Source: Promethearchaeota archaeon (GTDB lineage: Archaea; Asgardarchaeota; Lokiarchaeia; Sigyniarchaeales; SOKP01). Taken from it: a stretch of 46,062 bases of DNA. The translations under genes and the position numbers were made by a program. The notes beneath the pieces were generated by a model. That model worked only from the letters and a program-made list of their open reading frames with translations, made no database searches and was not told the DNA's origin. Below, one piece after another: positions 19,150-29,074 of this stretch. The stretch covers positions 1-46,062 of the forward strand of contig RDOE01000019.1 in NCBI GenBank assembly GCA_011364975.1. The letters run 5' to 3'. Each line of letters opens with the position of its first letter. The first letter of the stretch is position 1.

Positions 19150-20784
19150 TTATAAATTACTTTCTAAAAATTGAACAAAATCTAATTGTTCATTATAGCT
19201 CATATATTTTAATTGTTGAATTACTTTCTCATAATGTTGCGGTGTTATGTTTTTTAAATTCCTAATTCTTTGAATTAATTTTTCGGGAAATTCACTATAT
19301 AATTCTTTTAATATCTCAAGGTATTTTTCTTGTTCTACTTGAGTTAAAAAGGCTAATTCCTTTAATAACTCTTTACGATCCTTTTTTGGAATATCTAAAT
19401 CTTTAATTTTATCTCTTAAATCTTTGGAAAGAACATTAAATATTTTTGAGAAATATTCTTTAACAATTTTTTTATCCTTTTCATTTTTCACCGGTAAAAG
19501 CGATTCATGAAGTTTAAGTTCAGATATATCACTTATACTTTCACTTTTTTCAACAATAGTTGGTTTGAGAGTTTCTTTTTGAGTTTCTATATCTTTTTCA
19601 TGCTCTCCTTCCTTGGCACTTTCTTCAACAATCGGTGGTTTTTCTTCTAAATCAGGTCTACTTTCGACAATTATAGGTTGTTTATCACTTTCTAATTGTG
19701 TAATCTGTTCTTTAACAACTATTTGCTCAGGAGATTTTTCTTTAATATCTTCAGATAATGGAATTCTTGGTATTACTTTTACTTCTTCTCTTAAAATCGG
19801 TTTTTGATAATCTATTGGTTTACCTATAACGAGAAGAAATAACAAGATTGCTTTAAATAAAATAAAAATTCCGACTCCTAGAAACGCAGATCCTATTATT
19901 CCAAGTATAAATATTCCAATTGCATCTCCTATATTCAGATCTACCTTATCATAAATCTTCCTCTGTAATCGAAAATCAATTAATAAGATTATCGTTGGAA
20001 ATATACTAAAACCTATAATAACGATTGATATATCAACTATTGTATTCCAAAAACCAGTTTCGATAATAATATTACTAAGTACCTCCCATAGTAAAAAGCT
20101 AATACTATTATTAAATGAACCAAAAAAGACCGAAAATAATATAATTAAAATAATTACGAAACCTGCTTTCGTAGAGAAATTGTTTAGTGAATTTTTCAGT
20201 TTCAGTACAAAGTGATAAAACTTATGTTTCTCTTCCTCTTGATGTATAATATTATATATAATAATAAGAATTCCTTTGATTAGAACGACTACACCTATCC
20301 CATATAAAATACACCCTAAGATACCATAACAGAATGCATCTAAAACAATTGAATTAAACCCATCAGATTCAATTCGTGGAGATATAAATCTCGCATCATA
20401 AATAAGGATTAAAATTGCACTTAATCCTAATAAAATTTGCCCAATAAAAAGATAAATTCCATTTATTGGATTTAATAAATGTTGGAAACTAAGTCCAAAA
20501 ATGATTACTGCGAATATAATGATTGGAATATCATCAAATTTATCTATCTTTTTTATAGCATTAGCTAATTTTGACTTACTTCCCTGTCTAATCATAAATG
20601 CTTGATTTGATGAATACCTGGGTTTAGGAAGTCTTGTTGGGGCTTGTTTAAACTCAACACCTGCTAATGAAAATGGAGTACCGCACATTTCGCAGTAAAC
20701 TTGCACATTATTTTCAATTAAGTCAGTTAACTCTTGAGGGAAAACAAATCCACAAGATCTACACACATAAACTGTATTAACCAT
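19150..20784 (-). CDS. Hypothetical membrane protein: N-terminal zinc ribbon, duplicated TM block, acidic linker, duplicated C-terminal helical module
   Basis: CRSC...CEMC, several hydrophobic segments, and internal repeats visible in the translation. Confidence 0.75.
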   Translation of the reverse strand: MVNTVYVCRSCGFVFPQELTDLIENNVQVYCEMCGTPFSLAGVEFKQAPTRLPKPRYSSNQAFMIRQGSKSKLANAIKKIDKFDDIPIIIFAVIIFGLSFQHLLNPINGIYLFIGQILLGLSAILILIYDARFISPRIESDGFNSIVLDAFCYGILGCILYGIGVVVLIKGILIIIYNIIHQEEEKHKFYHFVLKLKNSLNNFSTKAGFVIILIILFSVFFGSFNNSISFLLWEVLSNIIIETGFWNTIVDISIVIIGFSIFPTIILLIDFRLQRKIYDKVDLNIGDAIGIFILGIIGSAFLGVGIFILFKAILLFLLVIGKPIDYQKPILREEVKVIPRIPLSEDIKEKSPEQIVVKEQITQLESDKQPIIVESRPDLEEKPPIVEESAKEGEHEKDIETQKETLKPTIVEKSESISDISELKLHESLLPVKNEKDKKIVKEYFSKIFNVLSKDLRDKIKDLDIPKKDRKELLKELAFLTQVEQEKYLEILKELYSEFPEKLIQRIRNLKNITPQHYEKVIQQLKYMSYNEQLDFVQFLESNL

Positions 20785-20921
20785 TAATACTCACACTTGT
20801 AAGATAATAATTTTTAATTACTTTTTTAATTTATCTAAAAACTCTATACCACTTAAAAAATAATATCTAAATTCATCTAAAAACTAAATGGAGTCCAATT
20901 TTTAACCATAATACCTTATTT

Positions 20922-21422
20922 TCATAATATCAATTCTTTCCAGTTTAAAGATTGAACTGTTGAATGAAGAAAATGGTCATCATTTACAAGATGATATTGC
21001 AGGTTATTAAAACATTTTTGAGCAATCCACTTTGTTTTATTATGGTTAACTACATTATCATTTTTACCATGAAATATAATTACCGGAATATTAAGAGGTT
21101 TAACCTTAATGTTATTAAAATACGTTTCTATCAAAAAGGGTGCTAATAATATCAATTTGTATACATTTTTCGGTTTTTGAAGAGCATATATTGTACCCAT
21201 CAAACCACCAAAACTAGAACCAATGATGATCCACGAGCTATTCTCGTTTAAAAATGATTCTAATTGTTTCATTCTTTTCTTAAGAATTAGATCAATTGAT
21301 ATTTCAGAGTTGTAAGGCTCAAAATCGGGAGTCATGATTTCTGGAATCTGTTTTTTTAAAAATCTTGCTTTAAATCCACTCCCTGAACTTTCGAGTCCAT
21401 GGATGAAAATGATATTAGCCAT
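20922..21422 (-). CDS. Small alpha/beta hydrolase (YqiA/YcfP-like)
   Basis: IHGLES oxyanion motif, GSSFGG nucleophile elbow, HGKND and DDH triad residues. Confidence 0.88.
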   Translation of the reverse strand: MANIIFIHGLESSGSGFKARFLKKQIPEIMTPDFEPYNSEISIDLILKKRMKQLESFLNENSSWIIIGSSFGGLMGTIYALQKPKNVYKLILLAPFLIETYFNNIKVKPLNIPVIIFHGKNDNVVNHNKTKWIAQKCFNNLQYHLVNDDHFLHSTVQSLNWKELIL

Positions 21423-21447
21423 ATAGTTCCCCCTAATGTGCTTATAT

Positions 21448-22518
21448 TTAATTTATCTCACGATTATTGTTATCTGGAGGTTGAGGTGTCAGTTCTTCGT
21501 TTAATCTCTTTAATAATCGCTTTTGTCCTATGTAAATGAGAAAAAAAAGAATACTAAAATATATAGTGATAACTATAAGTGTAATGAAGTAATAATCTTT
21601 TGTAAATGAAATCAAATGCATGGCTACTCCAATTATAAATCCTGTAAAAATCCGTGAGCTAGTACTACTTGTTCTTAATAAAAGCCTTTGAGTACCCCAA
21701 TCAATTAATCCAGGAATTGGAAGTATAATTATAAGCAGTAGTGCAAATAAAGGGTCGAATTCTGAATTAAATATTCCTTCGATTAGATGTACAAAAAAAA
21801 TAGAAAGAATAAGTCCAATTATCATCCCAGAACAGCGAGTACAAAAATATATTTTTGTACGTCCAAATTGAAAAGAGAAAGTGTGATCACTGGCTGATAA
21901 CGGATGGTGCGTTAAAAGTAAATAGTATAAATGTCGTTCCCTTTTTGATAATAATTTATCGTATATAATTAAAGCGATTGGAATAAAAATAACAATTGAT
22001 AATAAAGATTGAATAATAAATTTCAATCCAAAGTTAATTACTATTTCTTCTATGCTCAACAATCCAGAATTTAGAAATAACTTATATAAAATAATTAATA
22101 TCATAGCTAAAAATGAATTTATAACAAATATTAAGAAAGTATATAAAATAGGTTTCAGATTTTGATATTTTAAAGGTTTATATTTATATAGACTGTTAAT
22201 TACCCCAAGCAGACCAACAAAAAAACACCAATATACAATTATTGTATTATAATAAACTAATTGATAAAATAATTCTCCTAAAAAGCCAGAAATAAACGCT
22301 TGTATAGGTCCGGCTAGTATAGAAAAGAAAATGTAGATAAAAAGTGTTGCTCCAAATAGTAAATCCAAATTATTTTGATTTATATAAGGAGAGGAAATAG
22401 ATCCAAAAATTTCGGATATATATAAATAACTCATTGTAATAAAAATGGTTATTAGTGAATTTACGGCAACTGTATGTAATTTACTTGTTGGTTGTTGAGA
22501 TATATATTCTATTTTCAA
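21448..22518 (-). CDS. Membrane protein: ECF S-component-like N-terminus fused to a DUF2085-like C-terminus
   Basis: SILAGPIQAFISGFLG resembles an S-component. The C-terminus has HH...HTF...FCTRCSG, IDWGTQ and RIFTG. TTG start. Confidence 0.65.
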   Translation of the reverse strand: MKIEYISQQPTSKLHTVAVNSLITIFITMSYLYISEIFGSISSPYINQNNLDLLFGATLFIYIFFSILAGPIQAFISGFLGELFYQLVYYNTIIVYWCFFVGLLGVINSLYKYKPLKYQNLKPILYTFLIFVINSFLAMILIILYKLFLNSGLLSIEEIVINFGLKFIIQSLLSIVIFIPIALIIYDKLLSKRERHLYYLLLTHHPLSASDHTFSFQFGRTKIYFCTRCSGMIIGLILSIFFVHLIEGIFNSEFDPLFALLLIIILPIPGLIDWGTQRLLLRTSSTSSRIFTGFIIGVAMHLISFTKDYYFITLIVITIYFSILFFLIYIGQKRLLKRLNEELTPQPPDNNNREIN

Positions 22519-22572
22519 ATTTTTCTCATCAAATCTATAAAAAAATAAAAGATTATTTTCATATAAGAAGAC

Positions 22573-23232
22573 TTAATTAAAAATTTGATCAAGTTCTTCA
22601 ATTAATGTCTTTTTTGTTTGTTCAAATCCTTTTCTTAGCGCTTTTAAAATAATATTTTTCCCTGCTATGACATTAAGTATTGAATCATCTTGTTCAACTA
22701 TAGAAATACCGGCATCATTAAAATCTAATTGTCGTTTCAATGCCTTATAGGCATTTTCTTTGGTTTTATATGTAATTCTCGAAAGTTCATTATAATCTTT
22801 AACTTCTTCTTTAGTCCGTAATAGCAAAATACTCTCTTCAACCTGAGTAATAAAACATGATTTTGTTATCTCTTTTAATTTCTTATAATTATTATGATTC
22901 TTCTTACATGCACGATCTGTTTGATCATTTTTCAAGTATATAGAAAAATTTTTATCAATCACCCTCTCAAAACGTTCTTGAGTGATTTCTCCATTTTTTA
23001 CTAATTCTTTCGCAGATTCAAGAGTAATTCGAATTTGTTCCAAGGTTCCTACACGGGCATCTTTGTCACTCCAATATTTATAAAATGCCTTTACAATTGG
23101 TTTGACAATGACATTTAAAGCCCCTGCATCCAACTCGGATTCAATTATCTCTCTCCCGTATTCTAACGAGATATCCGTTTGTTCAATCATTCTTTCTCTG
23201 ATTAGGTTATAATTTCTTTCGATATAATCCAT
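22573..23232 (-). CDS. Conserved hypothetical helical protein, tandem paralog 2
   Basis: Aligns end to end with 23342..24010 (DYIERNYN, ELDAG, KPIVK, LKALRKGFE). Confidence 0.8.
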   Translation of the reverse strand: MDYIERNYNLIRERMIEQTDISLEYGREIIESELDAGALNVIVKPIVKAFYKYWSDKDARVGTLEQIRITLESAKELVKNGEITQERFERVIDKNFSIYLKNDQTDRACKKNHNNYKKLKEITKSCFITQVEESILLLRTKEEVKDYNELSRITYKTKENAYKALKRQLDFNDAGISIVEQDDSILNVIAGKNIILKALRKGFEQTKKTLIEELDQIFN

Positions 23233-23341
23233 AGTATAACCACTGTTAGATATTTTTAGAAATTCAAATTAATGTTGATCAATTTTTTACAAGTATGATT
23301 TATTTTTAAGAATATTCAATAAAATTAATATTTTAATTATT

Positions 23342-24010
23342 TTACTCGTAGGTTTCCTCAATAGATTTAAAAAATTCCGTTTTAGTACCTTCAAATCCTT
23401 TCCTAAGAGCCTTTAAAATAATCCTTCTACCAATAGAAAATGAGAGAATAGAAGGATCTTCTTCAATTAAGCTAATACATTTATTAGTATAATCTAATTG
23501 TTTAGAAAGAGTTTCTTTCGCCAACTCTTTTGTCTTAAACGCTGCTCTGCTAAGCTCTCCATAATTATTAACATCTTCCTTAACATTCAAAAAAAATTTA
23601 ACTTGTTTAAGATAATTAATAAAAGTTTGCTTCGTAATTTCTATTAATTTCTTATAATTTTTATGATGTTTATTACATTGATATGAAATTTGATCTCCTC
23701 GAAGGTATTTTGGGAAATTCTCTTCGATAAGCTGATTAAAGATTTCTTCTGAATTACCATTGGTAACTAATTCCTTTCCTGCTTCTAAAGTAATATTGAT
23801 TTGTTTCATTGTACCTACTTTTGCTTCATTCTTTGCCCAATAATCATAGAATGTTTTTACAATAGGTTTTATTACAAAACTTAATATTCCCGCGTCTAAC
23901 TCTGTTTCGATTAATGTTCTACCAAAATTTATTGAATTTTCCATTTGCTGTATCATCCGTTCCTTAATTATGTTATAATTTCTCTCAATGTAATCCAAAA
24001 TGATCGCCAA
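23342..24010 (-). CDS. Conserved hypothetical helical protein, tandem paralog 1
   Basis: Paralog of 22573..23232. TTG start, exact start uncertain. Confidence 0.8.
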   Translation of the reverse strand: MAIILDYIERNYNIIKERMIQQMENSINFGRTLIETELDAGILSFVIKPIVKTFYDYWAKNEAKVGTMKQINITLEAGKELVTNGNSEEIFNQLIEENFPKYLRGDQISYQCNKHHKNYKKLIEITKQTFINYLKQVKFFLNVKEDVNNYGELSRAAFKTKELAKETLSKQLDYTNKCISLIEEDPSILSFSIGRRIILKALRKGFEGTKTEFFKSIEETYE

Positions 24011-24154
24011 AAGTTTTAATAGTTAAGTTAAAATATCTGTTATCTAATAATTTTAATAGTTTTATTAATTTGGAACTTAAAACGGTAATAATATAATATT
24101 GATAAAGGTTTATTAAATATTAAATTTAAATAAAAATTTTTTTTTTTTATATCC

Positions 24155-27100
24155 ATGCGTTATATCTTTAAAGTTTTGATTATGGGAATGAATACAGAAA
24201 TAATTAATTCATTTACCATACGTGCTTTTGAAGAGGAAGGTCAAAATCAAAATTATTATCTCGAATGGTATAAAGAAATTAATGTATTTGAGGATATTTG
24301 TGATTTAGAGATAAATGCTGTAATAGACAATTTAAATGCAGATTTCGATGAGATCATTTCTACAGTAGATGGTATAATTTATTTTATTAATCCCATGAGG
24401 AAAGAGGAAAAAGAATTTTTTGAAATGATTTTACCAGTTATGAATTCAGTTAAAAGAGATATTCCCATGGTTTTAATCTTTAATAATGATTATGGTTTTT
24501 TACCACTATCTGCAAATAAAGTTTTAGAAGATCTTTGGTTTAATCACTTTAACCTTGAAGGTTTTGTGAATTTACGCCCTAAAGATTTTTACCAAGCACT
24601 TCAATGTTTATGTTTAGCCATGATTAGTGGTGATTCGCCACTTAATATTGAAAATGCATGGATGAGATTCCCGATTTACATACAACTTGCTAATATATTC
24701 TTCAAAAAAGCAAGTAAGGAAAAGAAACCAGAATTTTACTTTTATGCTGCTCAAAATGTTAAAAAAGCGGCCATGATTGCAGATATATTAAATAAAGAAG
24801 AATATTATATTATAAGCGAACAAGCAGCATTATTATATTCAAATGTTAATCTATTTCTTGAAGCTTCTAAAATTCTACACAATATTAATCACAAGAAAGC
24901 TAAAAATTTTAAAAAATTATATGCCGAATCTATGGTTTTAGAAGGAAATAATCTCTTTAATAATAAAAAGTATGATTCTGCAGCAGAACAATATCTAGCT
25001 GCGGCTCAGTGGTTAGCGATCGAAATGGATGATCCTGAATTAAGGGATGAAGCATTCAGACTTTCTATAACATCATGGATCTCTGCTTGCAGGGTAGAAA
25101 TGGCTTTTAGTGTTTTAAATAGCCTTCCACATGAATATGCTTTAATCCTTTTGCAAGAGATCGCTGATAAAATTATATCGGCTGCTGAGTTTCTTGTAAT
25201 AAATGATAAACTAGATGCTGCGAGGGATCAATTATATAGAGCTATAGTGGTTTATCAAAAAGAAGGTTTATTTGAACTTTTAGAAAAATTTACTTATAAG
25301 CTAGAAGAGGTTTTAATTAACCTTTTAAAATATCAGATTAAAAAAAATGAACGATATTCCGCAAAACAAACGTACGATGAAATTGAAAATTTATGGGAAT
25401 CCTATAATGTAGATAGATCAAATCTAGATAAATTGTTGGAAGATTTAGTTAAATCATTTTTGAGTAACTATGATTTTCCAACATCTGCAATTCTCATTAA
25501 TAAGATTGAATCACTTTCAGTTAAAAAAAACCTTACTAAACTAAGTTCTAAAGTTGAGGAAGATTTTAAGACACTAAAGAAAACAGAAATAGAAGAGAAT
25601 TTAAAAAGTGGAATTCTTGTCTTAAAAACATTTATTGAAGAAGAACTGAATATAATTAATACCATTAGTTTACAAGTTATCTCGGAAGCCAATAAACTGA
25701 TAGAAGTAAATGATTATCTCGAAGCTGCTGATATTGTTGAAACACATGCAAGATTTCTTAAAAGTATAGGTCGGGAAGATATTCAGAATCAAATCCTTGT
25801 TAAAGCTTTGGATATCCTCTTACTTGGGAATGAATTCTCTAGGTTCACAAAATCATTTGAAGAATTATCCGAGCAAAACAAGCAAGATTATCTAAATAGA
25901 CAGTATGATCTAATCACAAAAAAGTTAAAAGAAGTTAGTAAACAGCTAAAATTTAGAGATCTAGAACCAATCCTTGAAAAAATTGTTACTTTTTATAGGG
26001 AACAAATGATTTATAAAAAATCAAAAGAGATAAGCAAGCTTTTTATTGAATTCATTAAAAATGAAGCTTTAAGATTATTACAAAGTGAAAAAAATCTTAG
26101 TACAATAAATATTGCATTAAAATTGATTAAAAAAGCCATTGATACTTCTTCAGCATATCTAGAAGGAGAGCCTTTAAATTTTGATCTTATATATCAATTT
26201 ATTATTGATATATATCTCTCAGAGGGTAAAACGTTAGAATCTAATTCTATCAATGAAAAAATAGAGGATAAATTGATAAAAAGTGAGATTCACAAGAAAA
26301 TCGACAAGATAGAAAGTCAAAAAAGCACCGATGATAGAGAAAAGCTTGAAGCTTCTAATAAGGAAAAACGATTAGACGAAATGTATTCAATCATAAAAAA
26401 TAAATCAAGAGATGCTCGTCATAGTAAAGATGACGAGCTTAATAAAAGAAAAGGAGTAATTAAAAAAGCATATTTTGACAAAGCACTAAGTTATCTAAAC
26501 GCAACAAATTTTAATGCTGCAATTGAAGAATATAAAAATAGTTTAACCCATCTTTTGCGAAGAGGCGACTATTACTTAGCAGGAGTATCCTTGGTACTTA
26601 CTTATATGCTTCTCATTAAGCAAAATAAATCTCAAGATATTAATAAATTACTTATAGATACTAAAGATAAATTATCAAGTCTGGAAAAATCATTTTCTGA
26701 TACTTTTCCGGTTATTTTAGTTAATTATCTTAAAGATATTGAGGCGATCGGAGACCGTGTAAAATTTGAAGAAGCATTAACCTTTTTAGAAAGCTTACCA
26801 CTATTTGAAGAAGAAATAACTCTTTTAAATTCATTAATAGGAAAAGAAATTCAATTAGCTAGTGAAGTAAGCGTTAAAGAACAACCACACATCCAAATTG
26901 AAGATATTAAAAAAAAAATTTTTCATTATGCTACTCAAATTGATAAGGAAACTCAAAATATTGTTAAACGGCAACGATTAAAGCAAGAATATTGGAATTT
27001 AGCCTTGGAAGACCTCTCTAGTAAAAAATATCTTTTTTCATTAGAAGAATATGTTGAAACAATACCAAAACTTTTATCTGAAAAATGGTATAATTTTGCC

Positions 27101-27910
27101 AGCTTAACTTTAACAATATCCACACTAATTAATTTAAAACTCAATAATATAATTGCATCAAAAACTTTCTTGGATGATAAATTAGTGAAATATAAAGAGA
27201 TTTATCCAGAATTTGAAAGCTTACCTGAAATTATGATATTAAAAGAATTATTATCTACTATAGAGCTAAACATGACAGAATTGATTTCTTTTGGTATTGA
27301 GACTTTGTTAGAAAAATTACCGTTATTTGAACCTGAGATACGATTTTTGGAAACACTTTTAAACGAGTATATTGGAGGAGAAGAGCCAGAAAAAGCACTT
27401 ACGAGAAAAGAATTTGCTCAAAAAAAAGCATTACAAATTGATATGGAACAAATCTATGGAAATCTTAATAAACAAATACCCGATATGTTAAGAGAAAAAA
27501 AAGATAATGAAAAGAAACGAAATATTTTAAAGAAGAGAATTTATTTTGATGTTTTAAAAGAACTTAATCAAGGTAATTTTAAGGGTGCTAGCGAGCAATA
27601 TTTTGAATTAGCCATATCAATGGTTAAACGGCTAGATCTTACAACTAGCTCATTATTAATTCTCCTTCATGGTCTTTGTTTAATTAAAGAGGGGGAATCT
27701 TATGTAAAAATTAAACGAAATGTCGACGATTTTCTCGATGCTTTAGGTGTTAATAAAAAGTCAGTTAAAGACACATTTTATATAACTTTAATTCAATTTA
27801 TTACAGATGTCATTCTAAATGAATTAGAGGAATTTTATGATAAAATTAAATCCTTACTACAGGTTTTACCTTTACTTGATGAAGAAAAACCTTTAATAGA
27901 TATTTTTTAA
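24155..27910 (+). CDS. Large alpha-solenoid (TPR/SNAP-like) protein with N-terminal degenerate small-GTPase-like domain and three C-terminal repeats
   Basis: YIFKVLIMG / DGIIYFINP / IPMVLIFNN follow the Ras-like strand pattern but there is no GKT. TPR-like helices follow, and LPL(F/L)xxE closes three repeats. Confidence 0.7.
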   Translation: MRYIFKVLIMGMNTEIINSFTIRAFEEEGQNQNYYLEWYKEINVFEDICDLEINAVIDNLNADFDEIISTVDGIIYFINPMRKEEKEFFEMILPVMNSVKRDIPMVLIFNNDYGFLPLSANKVLEDLWFNHFNLEGFVNLRPKDFYQALQCLCLAMISGDSPLNIENAWMRFPIYIQLANIFFKKASKEKKPEFYFYAAQNVKKAAMIADILNKEEYYIISEQAALLYSNVNLFLEASKILHNINHKKAKNFKKLYAESMVLEGNNLFNNKKYDSAAEQYLAAAQWLAIEMDDPELRDEAFRLSITSWISACRVEMAFSVLNSLPHEYALILLQEIADKIISAAEFLVINDKLDAARDQLYRAIVVYQKEGLFELLEKFTYKLEEVLINLLKYQIKKNERYSAKQTYDEIENLWESYNVDRSNLDKLLEDLVKSFLSNYDFPTSAILINKIESLSVKKNLTKLSSKVEEDFKTLKKTEIEENLKSGILVLKTFIEEELNIINTISLQVISEANKLIEVNDYLEAADIVETHARFLKSIGREDIQNQILVKALDILLLGNEFSRFTKSFEELSEQNKQDYLNRQYDLITKKLKEVSKQLKFRDLEPILEKIVTFYREQMIYKKSKEISKLFIEFIKNEALRLLQSEKNLSTINIALKLIKKAIDTSSAYLEGEPLNFDLIYQFIIDIYLSEGKTLESNSINEKIEDKLIKSEIHKKIDKIESQKSTDDREKLEASNKEKRLDEMYSIIKNKSRDARHSKDDELNKRKGVIKKAYFDKALSYLNATNFNAAIEEYKNSLTHLLRRGDYYLAGVSLVLTYMLLIKQNKSQDINKLLIDTKDKLSSLEKSFSDTFPVILVNYLKDIEAIGDRVKFEEALTFLESLPLFEEEITLLNSLIGKEIQLASEVSVKEQPHIQIEDIKKKIFHYATQIDKETQNIVKRQRLKQEYWNLALEDLSSKKYLFSLEEYVETIPKLLSEKWYNFASLTLTISTLINLKLNNIIASKTFLDDKLVKYKEIYPEFESLPEIMILKELLSTIELNMTELISFGIETLLEKLPLFEPEIRFLETLLNEYIGGEEPEKALTRKEFAQKKALQIDMEQIYGNLNKQIPDMLREKKDNEKKRNILKKRIYFDVLKELNQGNFKGASEQYFELAISMVKRLDLTTSSLLILLHGLCLIKEGESYVKIKRNVDDFLDALGVNKKSVKDTFYITLIQFITDVILNELEEFYDKIKSLLQVLPLLDEEKPLIDIF

Positions 27911-27944
27911 TTTCCTGTTAAAATCTGGTATTACCTAAACTTAT

Positions 27945-28862
27945 TTATTGAACTATATTAGCAAATCTCATTAAATCTTTAACTCGCATTCTTAAAGTAA
28001 CTTCCGTTACTTTTGCTAATTTACTTATTTCTTTTTGAGTACGATTTTCATTGCATATCTTTGATCCAATATAAATTGCTGCAGCAGCTATGCCCTTAGG
28101 ATCTTTTCCTGCAGAATTAAATCCATTTTCCTTTGCGTTTTCAATGATCTTGACCGCTGTATTACGACATTGCATTGAAAGCTTAAGCTCATCATTAAAT
28201 TTATCTACATAGCGGTCCGCAGAAAAATGTTTCACTTTTAAATTTAGATTAGGTAACACTTCCATTAAAATAAGTCTATAACTCTTGATTACCTTTTTCT
28301 TAGGAATCTGAGCTATCTTAGTAATCTCCTCTACAGTTCGAGGAATACCGTGTACTCTAAGAGCACAAAATATTGACGCAGAAAGTAAAGTATCGATACT
28401 TCTTCCCATAGTTAATTTCTTTTTTACAGTTTGCGTATAAATTCTTAACGCATCCTCAGCTACAGTATCTGGAATGCCTAGTCTTTTCTGCAAACGCTGT
28501 AAATTTGGTAAAGCAATCCATAAATTTCTCTCATAACTAGTAGTAAGAGATCTATGTATTTTCGCAAGCCTATTGAATTTTGATTTAAATTTTGGACTTA
28601 ACAATGTTCCACGCGCATCACGACTTCCTCTAATAATTGTACGTGGTCCAATTGGGCTATATACTCTCTCGTTACTTTTTCTTTTTTGGATTTCTTCTTG
28701 AGTGAAAGCTCTACGAGGAGAGTCATCTAAGATTCTACTGTAAACTGAACCACAATTCAAACAAACATAAAATCCATCCTCTTCAGAAATTTTGGGAGAA
28801 TCACAACATGATTCTTGTTCATTTTCTTCGAAGAATCCATTATCTTCTTTATTTGATGGCAT
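27945..28862 (-). CDS. tfb: Transcription initiation factor IIB
   Basis: Zn ribbon (CCDS...VCLNCG) and two cyclin repeats (GRSIDTLLSASIF; GKDPKGIAAAAIY; TQKEISKLAKVTEVTLR). Confidence 0.95.
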   Translation of the reverse strand: MPSNKEDNGFFEENEQESCCDSPKISEEDGFYVCLNCGSVYSRILDDSPRRAFTQEEIQKRKSNERVYSPIGPRTIIRGSRDARGTLLSPKFKSKFNRLAKIHRSLTTSYERNLWIALPNLQRLQKRLGIPDTVAEDALRIYTQTVKKKLTMGRSIDTLLSASIFCALRVHGIPRTVEEITKIAQIPKKKVIKSYRLILMEVLPNLNLKVKHFSADRYVDKFNDELKLSMQCRNTAVKIIENAKENGFNSAGKDPKGIAAAAIYIGSKICNENRTQKEISKLAKVTEVTLRMRVKDLMRFANIVQ

Positions 28863-29074
28863 AAATTCTTAATTAAGTAATCCTCCTAATCGGAATTTTT
28901 CGCGTTAAGTATACTATGAAAAATAACACACATATATAAATTTTCATCTAATTTAATTTAATAACGGTAGTGAAAATTTAAATCTTAATCTATTTAACTA
29001 TTTCTTAAAGCTTGAAAAAATAATTTTTTATACTATCACTTCTATTGATTTAATAATTATTAATTGAGATTACT

